Part shown: in pieces, positions 10,832 to 21,008 of the stretch
Layout of the letters: every line of letters begins with the position of its first letter
How positions within the stretch are numbered: the first letter of the stretch is position 1
Assembly: GCA_032249135.1 (NCBI GenBank)
Contig: JAVVGL010000003.1
Coordinates: 62,893-126,892 of the forward strand
DNA length: 64,000 bases
Direction of reading: 5' to 3'
DNA from: Candidatus Calescibacterium sp.
Lineage (GTDB): Bacteria; Calescibacteriota; Calescibacteriia; Calescibacteriales; Calescibacteriaceae
Program-made: the position numbers and the translations under genes
Notes under the pieces: generated by a model
Databases searched by the model: none
The model's input: the letters and a program-made list of their open reading frames with translations, nothing else
What the model was told of the DNA's origin: nothing

Positions 10832-12157
10832 ATGAAGGGGAAAAATAGTTTTTTTCTCCTAAATCTTGGATGTCCAAAAAATCTTGTTGATTCAGAAAAT
10901 CTTTCACTTGAACTTATGAAAATTGGTCTTTCTCCTTCCTCTGACCCCCAAGAAGCAGATTTTATAATAGTCAATACTTGTGGATTTATTGAAGAAGCAA
11001 GAAAGATGAGTTTAGAGTATTCTAAAGAACTTTCTTCTTATGGGAAAAGGGTTATTGTTTTTGGTTGTCTGCCAAAAAGAATAGGAGTAGATAAAGTCAA
11101 AAAACTTGTCGGAGCGGATTTTGTTCTGAAAGATAAAGAAGATGTTATTAATTTGATTTCTCTTAACTTGCAAAAGAACGGTTCAGCAAAATGGAGAGAT
11201 TTGAATTTAAAACTTCCTCCTCGCCTTAATACGCTCTCTCCTTTTTCAGCTTATGTTAAGCTTTCAGAAGGGTGTTCCCGAAAATGCACTTTCTGTTCAA
11301 TTCCTCTCATAAGAGGAGTTTTAAAATCAAGACCAGAAGAGGAGATATTGAACGAAATAAAGTATCTTGCAACCGAAGCCGGAGTAAAAGAGTTTATCCT
11401 TATATCTCAGGATACAACTATGTGGGGAGTAGATCTTGGGAAAAAGAGAGAAGAATTTTTCAAGCTTCTGGATAAAATATCCGAAATAGATGGAGTTGAA
11501 TGGATAAGACTTTTTTATGTTTATCCTGATAGCTTTGCTGAAAAACTTATAGAGTACATAGCTTCTAACCCAAAGGTAGTCAGATACATTGAGATGCCAT
11601 TCCAACATATAGATGATGAAATTTTAAGTGCTATGGGTAGAGCAACTCGTGAAGCAACAATAAATAAAATAATGGACAAGGTCAAAGAGATTTTACCTGA
11701 ACTTGAAATAAGAACCGAGTTTATTGTTGGTTTTCCCGGCGAGACAGAGGAAAAGTTTGAAAAACTTTTGAGCTTTGTTGAAAAATACAAGTTCTCTTGG
11801 CTTGGAGTTTTTTCATTTTCACCAGAAATCGGAACGCCCGCCTTTGAGTTGTGGAAGAAAAACCCTGTGAGCAAGAAAACTCGTGAAAGAAGGAAAAAAG
11901 AGCTTATGGAGCTTTGGACAAAAATTCTTTTAGGAAAGCAAAAAGAAAGATTGGGGAAAGTTTTCAGGTGTATAAATCAAGGCGATAGAAAATTCAGAAC
12001 TTATTTTCAAGCTCCCGAAATAGATGGTGAAGTTATTCTGAAATTTGATAAAAAAGGAAATTTTTCCCCAATTTTAGACTCTCCATTTTGTGAAATAAAG
12101 ATCATAGATTTTGATGGTCCCGACCTCATAGGAGAACCTACATCTATAATCTACTAA
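10832..12157 (+). CDS. rimO: Ribosomal protein S12 methylthiotransferase
   Basis: LGCPKNLVDSE, NTCGFI, CxxxCxxC (GCSRKCTFC), QAPEIDG. Confidence 0.95.
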   Translation: MKGKNSFFLLNLGCPKNLVDSENLSLELMKIGLSPSSDPQEADFIIVNTCGFIEEARKMSLEYSKELSSYGKRVIVFGCLPKRIGVDKVKKLVGADFVLKDKEDVINLISLNLQKNGSAKWRDLNLKLPPRLNTLSPFSAYVKLSEGCSRKCTFCSIPLIRGVLKSRPEEEILNEIKYLATEAGVKEFILISQDTTMWGVDLGKKREEFFKLLDKISEIDGVEWIRLFYVYPDSFAEKLIEYIASNPKVVRYIEMPFQHIDDEILSAMGRATREATINKIMDKVKEILPELEIRTEFIVGFPGETEEKFEKLLSFVEKYKFSWLGVFSFSPEIGTPAFELWKKNPVSKKTRERRKKELMELWTKILLGKQKERLGKVFRCINQGDRKFRTYFQAPEIDGEVILKFDKKGNFSPILDSPFCEIKIIDFDGPDLIGEPTSIIY

Positions 12158-12199
12158 CTTTTTTTTCTACTTTTTCCTTCCGAATTAATTTTTATTATA

Positions 12200-14287
12200 A
12201 TGGATGATATTCTCAAACTCTATTTTAATGAAACGGAAGAACTTATTGATCAGATACTTGATGATATTGATTTGTTAAAAAACGAACCATCGGTAGACGT
12301 TATAAATGAAATTTTAAGGAAGTTTCATACAATAAAAGGGAGCTCATATAGCGTAGGCTTTAAGAAAATAGGTGATTTAGCCCATAAAATTGAAGATTTC
12401 TTCGTGAAAATAAGAGATGGAAAAGAAGAATTAAACGACGAAATTATCTCAAATTTAATATCTGTAGTTGAAAAACTTCGGAATTTTGTAGAAACCATTT
12501 CGTCTCAAGAATCACCGCAGGATACCGGACTTGAAATTGATTTTGAAATTGGAGAATATGATAGGGACACTCACAAACCTCCCACCGCATCCTCTGAAAT
12601 ATCTTACTCCCCACAAACATCTTATACCCTCCAAATCCCCGGTCAAGTATCAGATAAACAACTCATAAGAGAGCAAGTAAAAGAAAAGTTAAGCGATAAA
12701 TCTATTGTTGATTATCTCTCTGACTCTGAAATAATTCAGTTGAAAAGGTATATTGATGAGCAAAGAGATTTATATCTCGGTTTTTTAAAATTATCCTTTG
12801 ATAGCGAATATGATAAGGAAGGTAGAAACGTAATGCAGACCATAAAAGATAAAGGTTTTGAGATAATATCCACAATCACAAAAATAGAAGGAGATTTTAT
12901 AATATTCTGTTTCATAATTTCACCAACAAGAGATGATGCAAATATAGAGGAATTAAAGAAAATAATAGAAGTTCAAAAAATCCTTTCTTTTACCAAAAAG
13001 GTAAAATCCATTGCTCAACCTTCCAAGATTTCGCTCAAAGTAGATATATCTGAAATTGAAAAAATAATGAATATAATCGGGGACCTTGTGACTATAAAGA
13101 ACTCTCTTCAAATCCTTCTTGAACCTCTGTTCGCATCTTTCGGAATTCAACAGCAGGAACTAATACAAAAGATAAGAGATAATATGTCGGAAGTGGAGAG
13201 AAAAATAAGAGATATACAAGATATAGTCCTTGAAATAAGAATGTTCTCATTAGATGATATATTAAAGCTTGTTGAAAGAGATATAATTAGTACAGCAAAT
13301 GAGCTTGGAAAAAAGGTTGAAGTAAGAAGGGAAGGAGAAAGTATCTCAATTGATACAGAGATAGCTCGCAGGTTAAGAAATTCACTCCTGCACATAGCAA
13401 GAAATTCCGTTACTCATGGGATAGAACCACCAGAGGAGAGAAGAAAATTAGGAAAAAATGAGGTGGGCAAGGTTATAATAAGAACAAGACAAAAGGGAAG
13501 ATATATAGTTACAGAAATAATAGATGACGGAAAAGGTATAGATCCAGCTTATGTTGTGCAAAAATACCTTGCGTGGAAACAATCAAATCCAATTCTTGCA
13601 AGAAAATATGATTTCGGTGAAACAGAAAATGATTTTAAATTGCCAGATGGTTCATGGAATAAGGAAAAAGTTTTCAAACTCCTCTTCCTACCAGGTTTTT
13701 CTACAAAGGACTCAGCAGATAAAGGTGCCGGTCGCGGAGCAGGACTATATGAGGTCAAAAGAGAAATTGAAGAATTTATGGGTGGAAGAATATATGTAAG
13801 GTCTGAACCTGGTGAAGGAACAACATTCTCTATACAAATTCCAACTGCAAGGATAGTCGTTGAAACCGTCATATTTCAATGGAAAGGAAAAAAATACGCC
13901 CTCCCATTATCTTCAATAACGAAAACCGAAATTTTTCCTGAAAACAAAGATATTATTATAAAGGTCTTACAAGGAAGAAAAATAGTAGAAATATCAGGAA
14001 GGGAATATCCTCTTCTGACCCTTGAAGAAATATTTGAAAACCGTATATCTGAACTTCCAGAAAGATTCTATATATTCATCGTAGAATCAGAAGAAGGTAA
14101 ATATTCTGATATAGGACTCGTAGCAGACGAAATATTAGACATAAGAGATGCTGTTATGAAAAATTTAGATAAGAATATTCTAAATTTAAAAGGAATCTCA
14201 TCTGTAATAGAAGTTATAGGGGAAGAAGGAAAAAAGGAAATAATTCCTGTCATAGATGTAATGAGAATTCCAGAACTTATATCCTAA
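12200..14287 (+). CDS. cheA: Chemotaxis histidine kinase CheA
   Basis: Hpt FHTIKG, HIARNSVTHGIE, DDGKGID, LFLPGFST, GRGAGL, C-terminal CheW-like domain. Confidence 0.93.
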   Translation: MDDILKLYFNETEELIDQILDDIDLLKNEPSVDVINEILRKFHTIKGSSYSVGFKKIGDLAHKIEDFFVKIRDGKEELNDEIISNLISVVEKLRNFVETISSQESPQDTGLEIDFEIGEYDRDTHKPPTASSEISYSPQTSYTLQIPGQVSDKQLIREQVKEKLSDKSIVDYLSDSEIIQLKRYIDEQRDLYLGFLKLSFDSEYDKEGRNVMQTIKDKGFEIISTITKIEGDFIIFCFIISPTRDDANIEELKKIIEVQKILSFTKKVKSIAQPSKISLKVDISEIEKIMNIIGDLVTIKNSLQILLEPLFASFGIQQQELIQKIRDNMSEVERKIRDIQDIVLEIRMFSLDDILKLVERDIISTANELGKKVEVRREGESISIDTEIARRLRNSLLHIARNSVTHGIEPPEERRKLGKNEVGKVIIRTRQKGRYIVTEIIDDGKGIDPAYVVQKYLAWKQSNPILARKYDFGETENDFKLPDGSWNKEKVFKLLFLPGFSTKDSADKGAGRGAGLYEVKREIEEFMGGRIYVRSEPGEGTTFSIQIPTARIVVETVIFQWKGKKYALPLSSITKTEIFPENKDIIIKVLQGRKIVEISGREYPLLTLEEIFENRISELPERFYIFIVESEEGKYSDIGLVADEILDIRDAVMKNLDKNILNLKGISSVIEVIGEEGKKEIIPVIDVMRIPELIS

Positions 14288-14352
14288 AATAGTTGTGAAA
14301 ATCAGATTTATTCAAATTTATTCAATCTTTACTTTAATATTTTTATTTCATA

Positions 14353-15471
14353 ATGGAAGATCGTCAAGAAAAAAGTGAAAGAATAAAAAAAGGTAAATTA
14401 AGATATGGGTGGACAACAGGAACCTGCGCATCAGTATCGGCAAAAGCAGCAACATACGCTCTTTTGGGTAAAAATATATCTGAAATAAAAAAAGTAGAAG
14501 TTTCATTACCAATAAAAGATCAGAAAGCATGCCTTGAAATATTCAAAGTTGAAAAATCAAATGGCGAAGCATTTGCTTTAACAATAAAAGACGCAGGAGA
14601 TGACCCAGATGTCACTCACGGTGCTCAAATAGGAGCCAGAGTAAGATTCGCAAAAGAAAAAGGCATAAAAATTTTAGGTGGCGAAGGCGTAGGAAAAGTG
14701 ACAAAACCAGGACTTGGACTTGAACCAGGTGAACCAGATATAACTCATGTTCCAAGAAAAATGATAAAAAATGCAGTCATTTCTGCTGCTGTGGAGATGG
14801 GATTTAGAGAAGAAGAGCTGTGTCTTGAAGTTGAAATTTTTGTTCCTGATGGAAAAGAGAGAGCAAAAAAAACTATGCTTGAGCGCCTTGGAGTTATCGG
14901 AGGTATAGGAATTCTTGGAACTTTGGGAATAGTAGTTCCATATTCTACAGGGGCTTGGAAAGCTTCTATTGGTCAGCAAATTTCAGTTGCAAAAGAAAGC
15001 GGAGTTGATACAATAGTTTGCACAACAGGAAGACAAAGCGAAGAACTTGCAAAAAAATTGTTCCCGGAACTTCCTGATGTTGCATTTGTTGATGTTGGCG
15101 ATTTTATAGGATTTACGGTTCGCTTTGCATCACAGAAAAAAATTCAAAGGATTATCCTTGCTGGCTTCATAGGTAAAATATCTAAAATCGCAAAGGGAGA
15201 AGAATACACACACGCTAAAAAATCAAGCGTAGATATTGATTTTCTCGTGGAAACAGCAAAGGAGTATGCTTCACCTGAGATTTTGGAATTGCTTTCTAAT
15301 GCAAATACTGCACGGGAGTTTGCTCAAATTGCAAAATCTTTCGGATTAACTGAAATTTTCAAAAAAGTTGCGCAGCTTGCCAAAAAAAAATTAGAAGAAA
15401 TTTCCGGAAGTCACATTGAAGTTGTAATTTTTGATTTAGAGGATGGGGGAGTCCTCGCTTATGAAAAATAA
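14353..15471 (+). CDS. cbiD: Cobalt-precorrin-5B C1-methyltransferase
   Basis: LRYGWTTGTCA, KDAGDDPDVTHGA, GGEGVGKVTKPGL, RLGVIGGIGILGT, GDFIG. Confidence 0.96.
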   Translation: MEDRQEKSERIKKGKLRYGWTTGTCASVSAKAATYALLGKNISEIKKVEVSLPIKDQKACLEIFKVEKSNGEAFALTIKDAGDDPDVTHGAQIGARVRFAKEKGIKILGGEGVGKVTKPGLGLEPGEPDITHVPRKMIKNAVISAAVEMGFREEELCLEVEIFVPDGKERAKKTMLERLGVIGGIGILGTLGIVVPYSTGAWKASIGQQISVAKESGVDTIVCTTGRQSEELAKKLFPELPDVAFVDVGDFIGFTVRFASQKKIQRIILAGFIGKISKIAKGEEYTHAKKSSVDIDFLVETAKEYASPEILELLSNANTAREFAQIAKSFGLTEIFKKVAQLAKKKLEEISGSHIEVVIFDLEDGGVLAYEK

Positions 15472-15488
15472 CAATGATGACTCCCCCA
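15444..15488. terminator. Inverted repeat between convergent cbiD and ahpC (possible terminator/RNA hairpin)
   Basis: TGGGGGAGTC (15444-53) and GACTCCCCCA (15479-88), 25-nt loop containing the cbiD stop; no clear U-tract. Confidence 0.35.
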
Positions 15489-15497
15489 CCTTCAATT

Positions 15498-16109
15498 TTA
15501 TTTCAGAACTTCTCCGACTCTTCCAACTATATCTGGTCCCGGTTTTAATGTTTTCTTACCAGGTTCCCACTTTGCAGGGCAGGCTTCATCTGGGTGTTTG
15601 TAGACATGTTGAAATGCCTTTATCTTTCTCACAAGCTCATCAGCGTTTCTTCCTACCGGGTAGTGATTTACTTCTGATCCTACCAATATTCCATCTGGAT
15701 TTATTATAAATGTTCCTCTCAAAGCAAGACCTGTATTTTCATCGTATACTCCGAATATTCTTGATATTGTTCCTGTTGGATCTGCAGCCATTTTCCATTT
15801 GAAGTCTTTCATAAGAGGTTCATCTTTGCACCATGCAAGATGAACATATTGAGTGTCTGTTGAGCATGCTATAACTTCTACATTTGCTTTTGTGAGATCA
15901 TCATACTTTTCGTTAACATCTGCAAGTTCTGTTGGACATACGAAAGTGAAGTCAGCCGGATAGAAGAAAAACACTACCCATTTACCTTGCTGTAAAAGGT
16001 CATAAAGGTTCATTTGACCAAAACCTTTTTTCTGCGGATCATAATATGTTACTTTAAAGTCAGGTACTTTCTGTCCTACTTTTATTTCCTTTATGCTTCC
16101 ATCTACCAT
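15498..16109 (-). CDS. ahpC: 2-Cys peroxiredoxin
   Basis: FYPADFTFVCPTE, ALRGTFIINP, EACPAKW. Confidence 0.95.
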   Translation of the reverse strand: MVDGSIKEIKVGQKVPDFKVTYYDPQKKGFGQMNLYDLLQQGKWVVFFFYPADFTFVCPTELADVNEKYDDLTKANVEVIACSTDTQYVHLAWCKDEPLMKDFKWKMAADPTGTISRIFGVYDENTGLALRGTFIINPDGILVGSEVNHYPVGRNADELVRKIKAFQHVYKHPDEACPAKWEPGKKTLKPGPDIVGRVGEVLK

Positions 16110-16349
16110 ATTTTTTCACCTCCTCTTTTATTTTTGTTTCATTTTTACATTATTCATTTGATTTCGGGTTGTGGTAATTTCAAAAAATTTTTAGATGCAA
16201 AAAATTTGCAAGTAAAACAAAAAAAATTTTTTCACTCTCAATCTCTGCATTCATAATAAATAAGTTTTTTTAGAATTTATTTTCTTTTTTTTCTATTTTA
16301 ATAATATGTATTTCTGTTTCAAATAATTAGCAAATTGTGTTGAAAACAT

Positions 16350-17111
16350 ATGCAAAGCATGACCGGATATGGAATAGAGTATGCGGATATTCAAGGAGAG
16401 AAGTTCGTTTGCATAATAAAATCTCTCAACAGCAAATACCTTGATATATTTTTTGACTTACCAGATGAGATTATTCCTCTTGAACCTAAGATGAAAAAAG
16501 AGATAAAAAAGAGGATAAACAGAGGAAAAATAGAAGTTATAATAAGGAAGCAGTCAAGATCAAAACCGATAATAAGCTTTATCTTCAGGGTAAGAAATGA
16601 AGAGAAACTCAAAGATGAGATTTTCTCCTTATTTTTATCAGCTCTCGCAAAGCTTGTGGAATCAAGGGAAGAAGAAGGAGAAGCAATAAAAGATGAAATA
16701 GAAGATAGGATAAAGAAGCTAAAAGATATAATCTCAGAAATAGAGATAATTCATAGAAACTTCCCATCAATCATAAAGAACAATCTCAAGGAAAGGATCA
16801 ATCAGATAAAAGAAGAATTAGGGATACAAGATATTCCAGAGAGTGTAATAGATTCCGCAGGTGTTGTCCATATTGTGAGAAAAGCAGACATATCGGAGGA
16901 AATATCAAGAATAAAAGCACACATCAATTCTTTTGAGGAAGAGTTAAAAGGGGATGGAGATGGCAGAAAACTTATGTTCATATCTCAGGAGATTTTGAGA
17001 GAATTCAATACCATAGGTAGTAAATCTCTTGACATCAAAATAATTGAGAAAGTAATAGAAGCCAAAATGGAGATAGAGAGAATAAGAGAACAACTTCATA
17101 ATATTGAGTGA
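16350..17111 (+). CDS. YicC/YloC family endoribonuclease
   Basis: SMTGYG, RGKIE, DISEEISR, GRKL.F..QE..RE.NTIGSK, REQ..NIE. Confidence 0.93.
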   Translation: MQSMTGYGIEYADIQGEKFVCIIKSLNSKYLDIFFDLPDEIIPLEPKMKKEIKKRINRGKIEVIIRKQSRSKPIISFIFRVRNEEKLKDEIFSLFLSALAKLVESREEEGEAIKDEIEDRIKKLKDIISEIEIIHRNFPSIIKNNLKERINQIKEELGIQDIPESVIDSAGVVHIVRKADISEEISRIKAHINSFEEELKGDGDGRKLMFISQEILREFNTIGSKSLDIKIIEKVIEAKMEIERIREQLHNIE

Positions 17112-17163
17112 ATTGTTGGAAGAGATTAGGAATTGGAAAAAAGTTATCACAATAATTTTTACA

Positions 17164-18600
17164 TCAGAACTCACTTATGTCTTTGATTTGCTCCAATTTT
17201 CTTGTTATTCCTTCTCTGATAGCTATTGCTGCAACAGCATCAGCAACGGTATCAACAACCCTACGATCAAAAATAGAAGGAATTATGTACTCTTCATACA
17301 GTTCTGAGTCATCTATAAGATTAGCAATTGCATATGCGGCGGCAATTTTCATATCATCTAATATTTTCTTAGCTCTTACACTCAAGACCCCCTTGAAAAA
17401 GCCAGGGTAAACAAGAGCATTATTTATTTGATTCGGAAAATCTGACCTTCCAGTAGCCACTATTCTTGCATACATTTCAGCTTCAATTGGATTCACCTCC
17501 GGTATTGGATTTGCCAAGGTGAAAACTATCGCATCTTTTTCCATAACTTTCAAATCTTCTCCTTTAAGTATGTTCCCAACAGAAAGACCTATAAAAACAT
17601 CTGCTCCCTTGAGAGCTCCCTTTAAATCTCCCTTATAATTATCTGGATTTGTGTATTGTGCAACATCTGCTTGATATTCGTTTAGAGCATTTTCTCCATC
17701 ATTTCCTATTGCTCCCTTCTTATCACACAAAATTAAGTTCTTTACCCCCATTTTAAGAAGTAGTTTTGCAGTTGCAAGCCCAGCAGCACCTGCACCATTT
17801 ATGACTATTTTTACATCTTGGAGACTTTTGCTAACGATTTTTAAAGAATTCAAAAGGGCAGCAAGGATAACAATTGCTGTTGCGTGCTGATCATCGTGCA
17901 TAACAGGAATGTCAAGCTCTTCCTGTAACCTTCTTTCCACCTCAAAGCATCTCGGAGCTGATATATCTTCAAGATTTATAGCTCCAAAAACAGGAGAAAT
18001 CATCTTTACCACTTCAACTATTTTATCAACATCTTGTGTGGCAATACATATGGGAAACCCATTTACGCCTGCAAATTCTTTCAATATAGCAGCTTTTCCT
18101 TCCATCACAGGTATTGCAGCATAAGGTCCTACATTTCCAAACCCTAAAACTGCGCTACCATCTGTCACAATAGCGACCGTATTTGACTTTATGGTGTGTG
18201 TAAAAGCAATGTCTGGAATTTTCTCTATTGCCTTAACAACCCTTCCTACCCCTGGTGTATATATTCTTGCGAGGTCTTCTGTTGTAGTAATTCTTCTTTT
18301 TGATACAACTTCTAATTTCCCGTGAAGATGAGCAAGAAAAGTTCTATCTGAAACAAATTCAACGGAAACACCATCAACACTTGAAAGCTCTTTTATTATT
18401 TCCTTTGCATGATTTCCATCTCTGACATTGACATGTATATCTCTGATAACCCAGTATCTACTTGTCTCAACGAGTTCAACGCCTCTGACTTCACCTCCCA
18501 TCCTCGTTATCACAGATGTTATATTTCCCAGCATTCCTGGAATATTTCTGAACTTCAATCTGATAAAAATCGTATAAGTAGGAGAAGAAGTAAAAAACAT
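17164..18600 (-). CDS. NAD(P)-dependent malic enzyme with N-terminal ACT domain
   Basis: YTPGV, TDGSAVLG, MEGKA, INLEDI, HDDQH, GAGAAG, ATGRSDFPNQINN. Confidence 0.95.
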   Translation of the reverse strand: MFFTSSPTYTIFIRLKFRNIPGMLGNITSVITRMGGEVRGVELVETSRYWVIRDIHVNVRDGNHAKEIIKELSSVDGVSVEFVSDRTFLAHLHGKLEVVSKRRITTTEDLARIYTPGVGRVVKAIEKIPDIAFTHTIKSNTVAIVTDGSAVLGFGNVGPYAAIPVMEGKAAILKEFAGVNGFPICIATQDVDKIVEVVKMISPVFGAINLEDISAPRCFEVERRLQEELDIPVMHDDQHATAIVILAALLNSLKIVSKSLQDVKIVINGAGAAGLATAKLLLKMGVKNLILCDKKGAIGNDGENALNEYQADVAQYTNPDNYKGDLKGALKGADVFIGLSVGNILKGEDLKVMEKDAIVFTLANPIPEVNPIEAEMYARIVATGRSDFPNQINNALVYPGFFKGVLSVRAKKILDDMKIAAAYAIANLIDDSELYEEYIIPSIFDRRVVDTVADAVAAIAIREGITRKLEQIKDISEF

Positions 18601-18740
18601 GTTTTTATAAGTAAAAATTGGTGATGCTTAACATCTATTGCCAAAAACACAACAATTTTCGGTAATTTTTGAAATTAAGCTCCCCCAACCTTTTCAAAAT
18701 TGAAACTATAAATTTTTCCTGCTTTAAACTATTATTTTCT

Positions 18741-19889
18741 ATGCCCGAAAGGTTTGTATATCTTGATTATAACGCTACAACTCCAATGAGAGATGAAGTT
18801 GTAGAGGAGATGATAAAGGTTATAAATGCAGGAAATCCTTCTTCACCACACTGGTCAGGTAGAGAGGCAAGAGCTTTTTTAGATTCTGCAAGAGAGAAAG
18901 TAGCAGAAATCTTGGGAACAGAAGCTTATGAAATAATTTTTAACTCAGGAGCAACAGAGGGTAACAACACAGTTATAAAAGGCATAGCTTTCTATGAGAT
19001 GAAGAAAAATAGAACTCCGTTTTTCATTTCAACATATGTAGAACATAGCTCTGTTTTGAGACCCCTTGAATTCGTAAGAGAGCTCGGAGCAAAAGTTGAA
19101 TTTGTAAAAGTAGATAATTACGGTATCCCTGATCCGGATGATTTTAGAAAAATTATAAAGAAAAATGGGAAACCATCTTTGATATCTGTTATGTATGTGA
19201 ATAATGAAACAGGAGTTATTTTGCCTTTGGAGGAAATAATAAAGATAGCAAAGGAGTATGAAGTTCTTGTACATTCAGATATAGTTCAAGCAGTAGGTAA
19301 GCTGGAAATAAATTTAAGGAAACTTGGAATCGATTTTGCAACATTTTCGGCACACAAAATATATGGTCCGAAGGGAATCGGTGTTCTTTATGTTAAAAAA
19401 GGGACTCCGATTGAACCATTAATACATGGAGGGAAACAAGAAGACGGGTTGAGGGCAGGCACACAAAATGTTGCAGGTGCAGTTGGACTTGCAAAAGCTC
19501 TTGAAATTTGTACAAAAGAAATGAAAGAAGAAAACAAAAGATTGAGAAAAATTCAGGAGCTCTTTGAAAGAATGGTTCTTGAAATAGATGGGACAAAAAT
19601 AAATGGTCATCCGGAATTTAGAATTCCTACAACCTCAAATGTTCTCTTTAAAGGAATAGAAGGAGAAACATTAATGATATCGCTTGATCTTGAAGGTATA
19701 GCCGTTTCCATGGGATCGGCTTGCTCTGCGGAATCAAAAACTCCCTCACATGTTCTCACAGCTATGGGAATGACCGAAGAAGATGCAAAAAGTTCAATAA
19801 GATTTTCCTTCGGCTTTTACACAAAAGAAGAAGATATATTCTACACAATTGAAAAACTAAAAGAAATCATAAAAAAGTTGAGAGATTAA
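18741..19889 (+). CDS. iscS: Cysteine desulfurase (IscS/NifS)
   Basis: YLDYNATTP, GNPSS, SGATE, SAHKIYGPKG, RAGT, SMGSAC. Confidence 0.93.
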   Translation: MPERFVYLDYNATTPMRDEVVEEMIKVINAGNPSSPHWSGREARAFLDSAREKVAEILGTEAYEIIFNSGATEGNNTVIKGIAFYEMKKNRTPFFISTYVEHSSVLRPLEFVRELGAKVEFVKVDNYGIPDPDDFRKIIKKNGKPSLISVMYVNNETGVILPLEEIIKIAKEYEVLVHSDIVQAVGKLEINLRKLGIDFATFSAHKIYGPKGIGVLYVKKGTPIEPLIHGGKQEDGLRAGTQNVAGAVGLAKALEICTKEMKEENKRLRKIQELFERMVLEIDGTKINGHPEFRIPTTSNVLFKGIEGETLMISLDLEGIAVSMGSACSAESKTPSHVLTAMGMTEEDAKSSIRFSFGFYTKEEDIFYTIEKLKEIIKKLRD

Positions 19890-19893
19890 ATAA
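19859..19893 (+). repeat. 35-bp direct repeat, copy 1 (iscS 3' end)
   Basis: aaaagaaatcataaaaaagttgagagattaaataa; one mismatch versus copy at 20948-20982. Confidence 0.9.
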
Positions 19894-19998
19894 TTCTTAT
19901 GTACCATCAAAACTTTTCTGCTCGAGATGGTCGAGAAATTTTAACAACAGACCGATAAGTAAAATTTAATTTTGACAAATAAAATTGTAAAGGATGGA

Positions 19999-20892
19999 AT
20001 GAAGAAAATAAGAAAGCACCAAATAGAGAAGGAAGAGAAATATAAAAAAGAGTTAAGAAGGTTTGACCCTATTTTGAAAGAGATTTTCTCAAAAGCAGCT
20101 AGAAAACTTATATCAATAGCCACTGGTGAGAAAATCAATAAAGAACTTGAAGACATAACAACTGAAATAGAATTTGTTAAATCTCTCCGTCCTGACATGG
20201 TTTTCAGAGCAGGGGAGAAAATTTTTCATATTGAAATTCAAGTTCAGCAAGACAAGGATTTGCCCGAAAGGATGCTGATATATTCTCTGGCAATTAAGGA
20301 AAAATTCGGACAAAAACCTGTGCAGATTATCTTGTTTGTGGGAAAAGGAAATCCTCCGTCTCCCTTTTTCAAGGATGAATTCACAATTCACAAATTCATT
20401 GTTTTAGATATGAAAAAAATAAATCCTGATGAGTTCATAAAGAGTGATAAACCCGAAGAGGTCATCGTTGGAATTTTAGCTGGCAAATTCAAAGATAAAC
20501 CCGAAATAATAGAAAAAGTCAAAAAAAGAATTGTAGAAATTGTGAAAAGCGAAAAAGAAATTGCTAAATATATAGATAGTATAAGCTTTTTAGCTGGGCT
20601 ATTTGATGTTAAAATAGAGGTTAAACCTATGCCGATTGAGGTAGACATAAGAAAAACTTTCCTTTATAAGTGGGGAAAGGAGGAGGGATTAAAAGAAGGA
20701 TTAAAAAAAGCAATCTTGTTGGACATCAAGTCAAAATTTGGTTTCTCAAAGGCAAAACGAATTAAAAACATTTTAGATAAGATAAATGATACAACCCGAT
20801 TGAAAAAGATAAAGAGAGAAATAATAAAAGCAAAAACTTGGGATGATTTTGTCAGATCTATCAAAAACTCAAATCTAAAAAACAAAATTTAG
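19999..20892 (+). CDS. Rpn/YhgA-like PD-(D/E)XK nuclease (putative transposase family)
   Basis: LRPDMVF, FHIEIQ, DLPERMLIY, C-terminal GKEEGLKEG; paralog of 51719..52639. Confidence 0.8.
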   Translation: MKKIRKHQIEKEEKYKKELRRFDPILKEIFSKAARKLISIATGEKINKELEDITTEIEFVKSLRPDMVFRAGEKIFHIEIQVQQDKDLPERMLIYSLAIKEKFGQKPVQIILFVGKGNPPSPFFKDEFTIHKFIVLDMKKINPDEFIKSDKPEEVIVGILAGKFKDKPEIIEKVKKRIVEIVKSEKEIAKYIDSISFLAGLFDVKIEVKPMPIEVDIRKTFLYKWGKEEGLKEGLKKAILLDIKSKFGFSKAKRIKNILDKINDTTRLKKIKREIIKAKTWDDFVRSIKNSNLKNKI

Positions 20893-20947
20893 CTGATCCA
20901 GCTCCCCCGGAAACTCCAATAAAGAAGGTGAAAAAGAAAAAGTTCAC

Positions 20948-20982
20948 AAAAGAAATCATAAAAAAATTGAGAGATTAAATAA
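20948..20982 (+). repeat. 35-bp direct repeat, copy 2
   Basis: aaaagaaatcataaaaaaattgagagattaaataa. Confidence 0.9.
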
Positions 20983-21008
20983 ATAAAAAATTTTTTAAAA
21001 TCTCCTCT

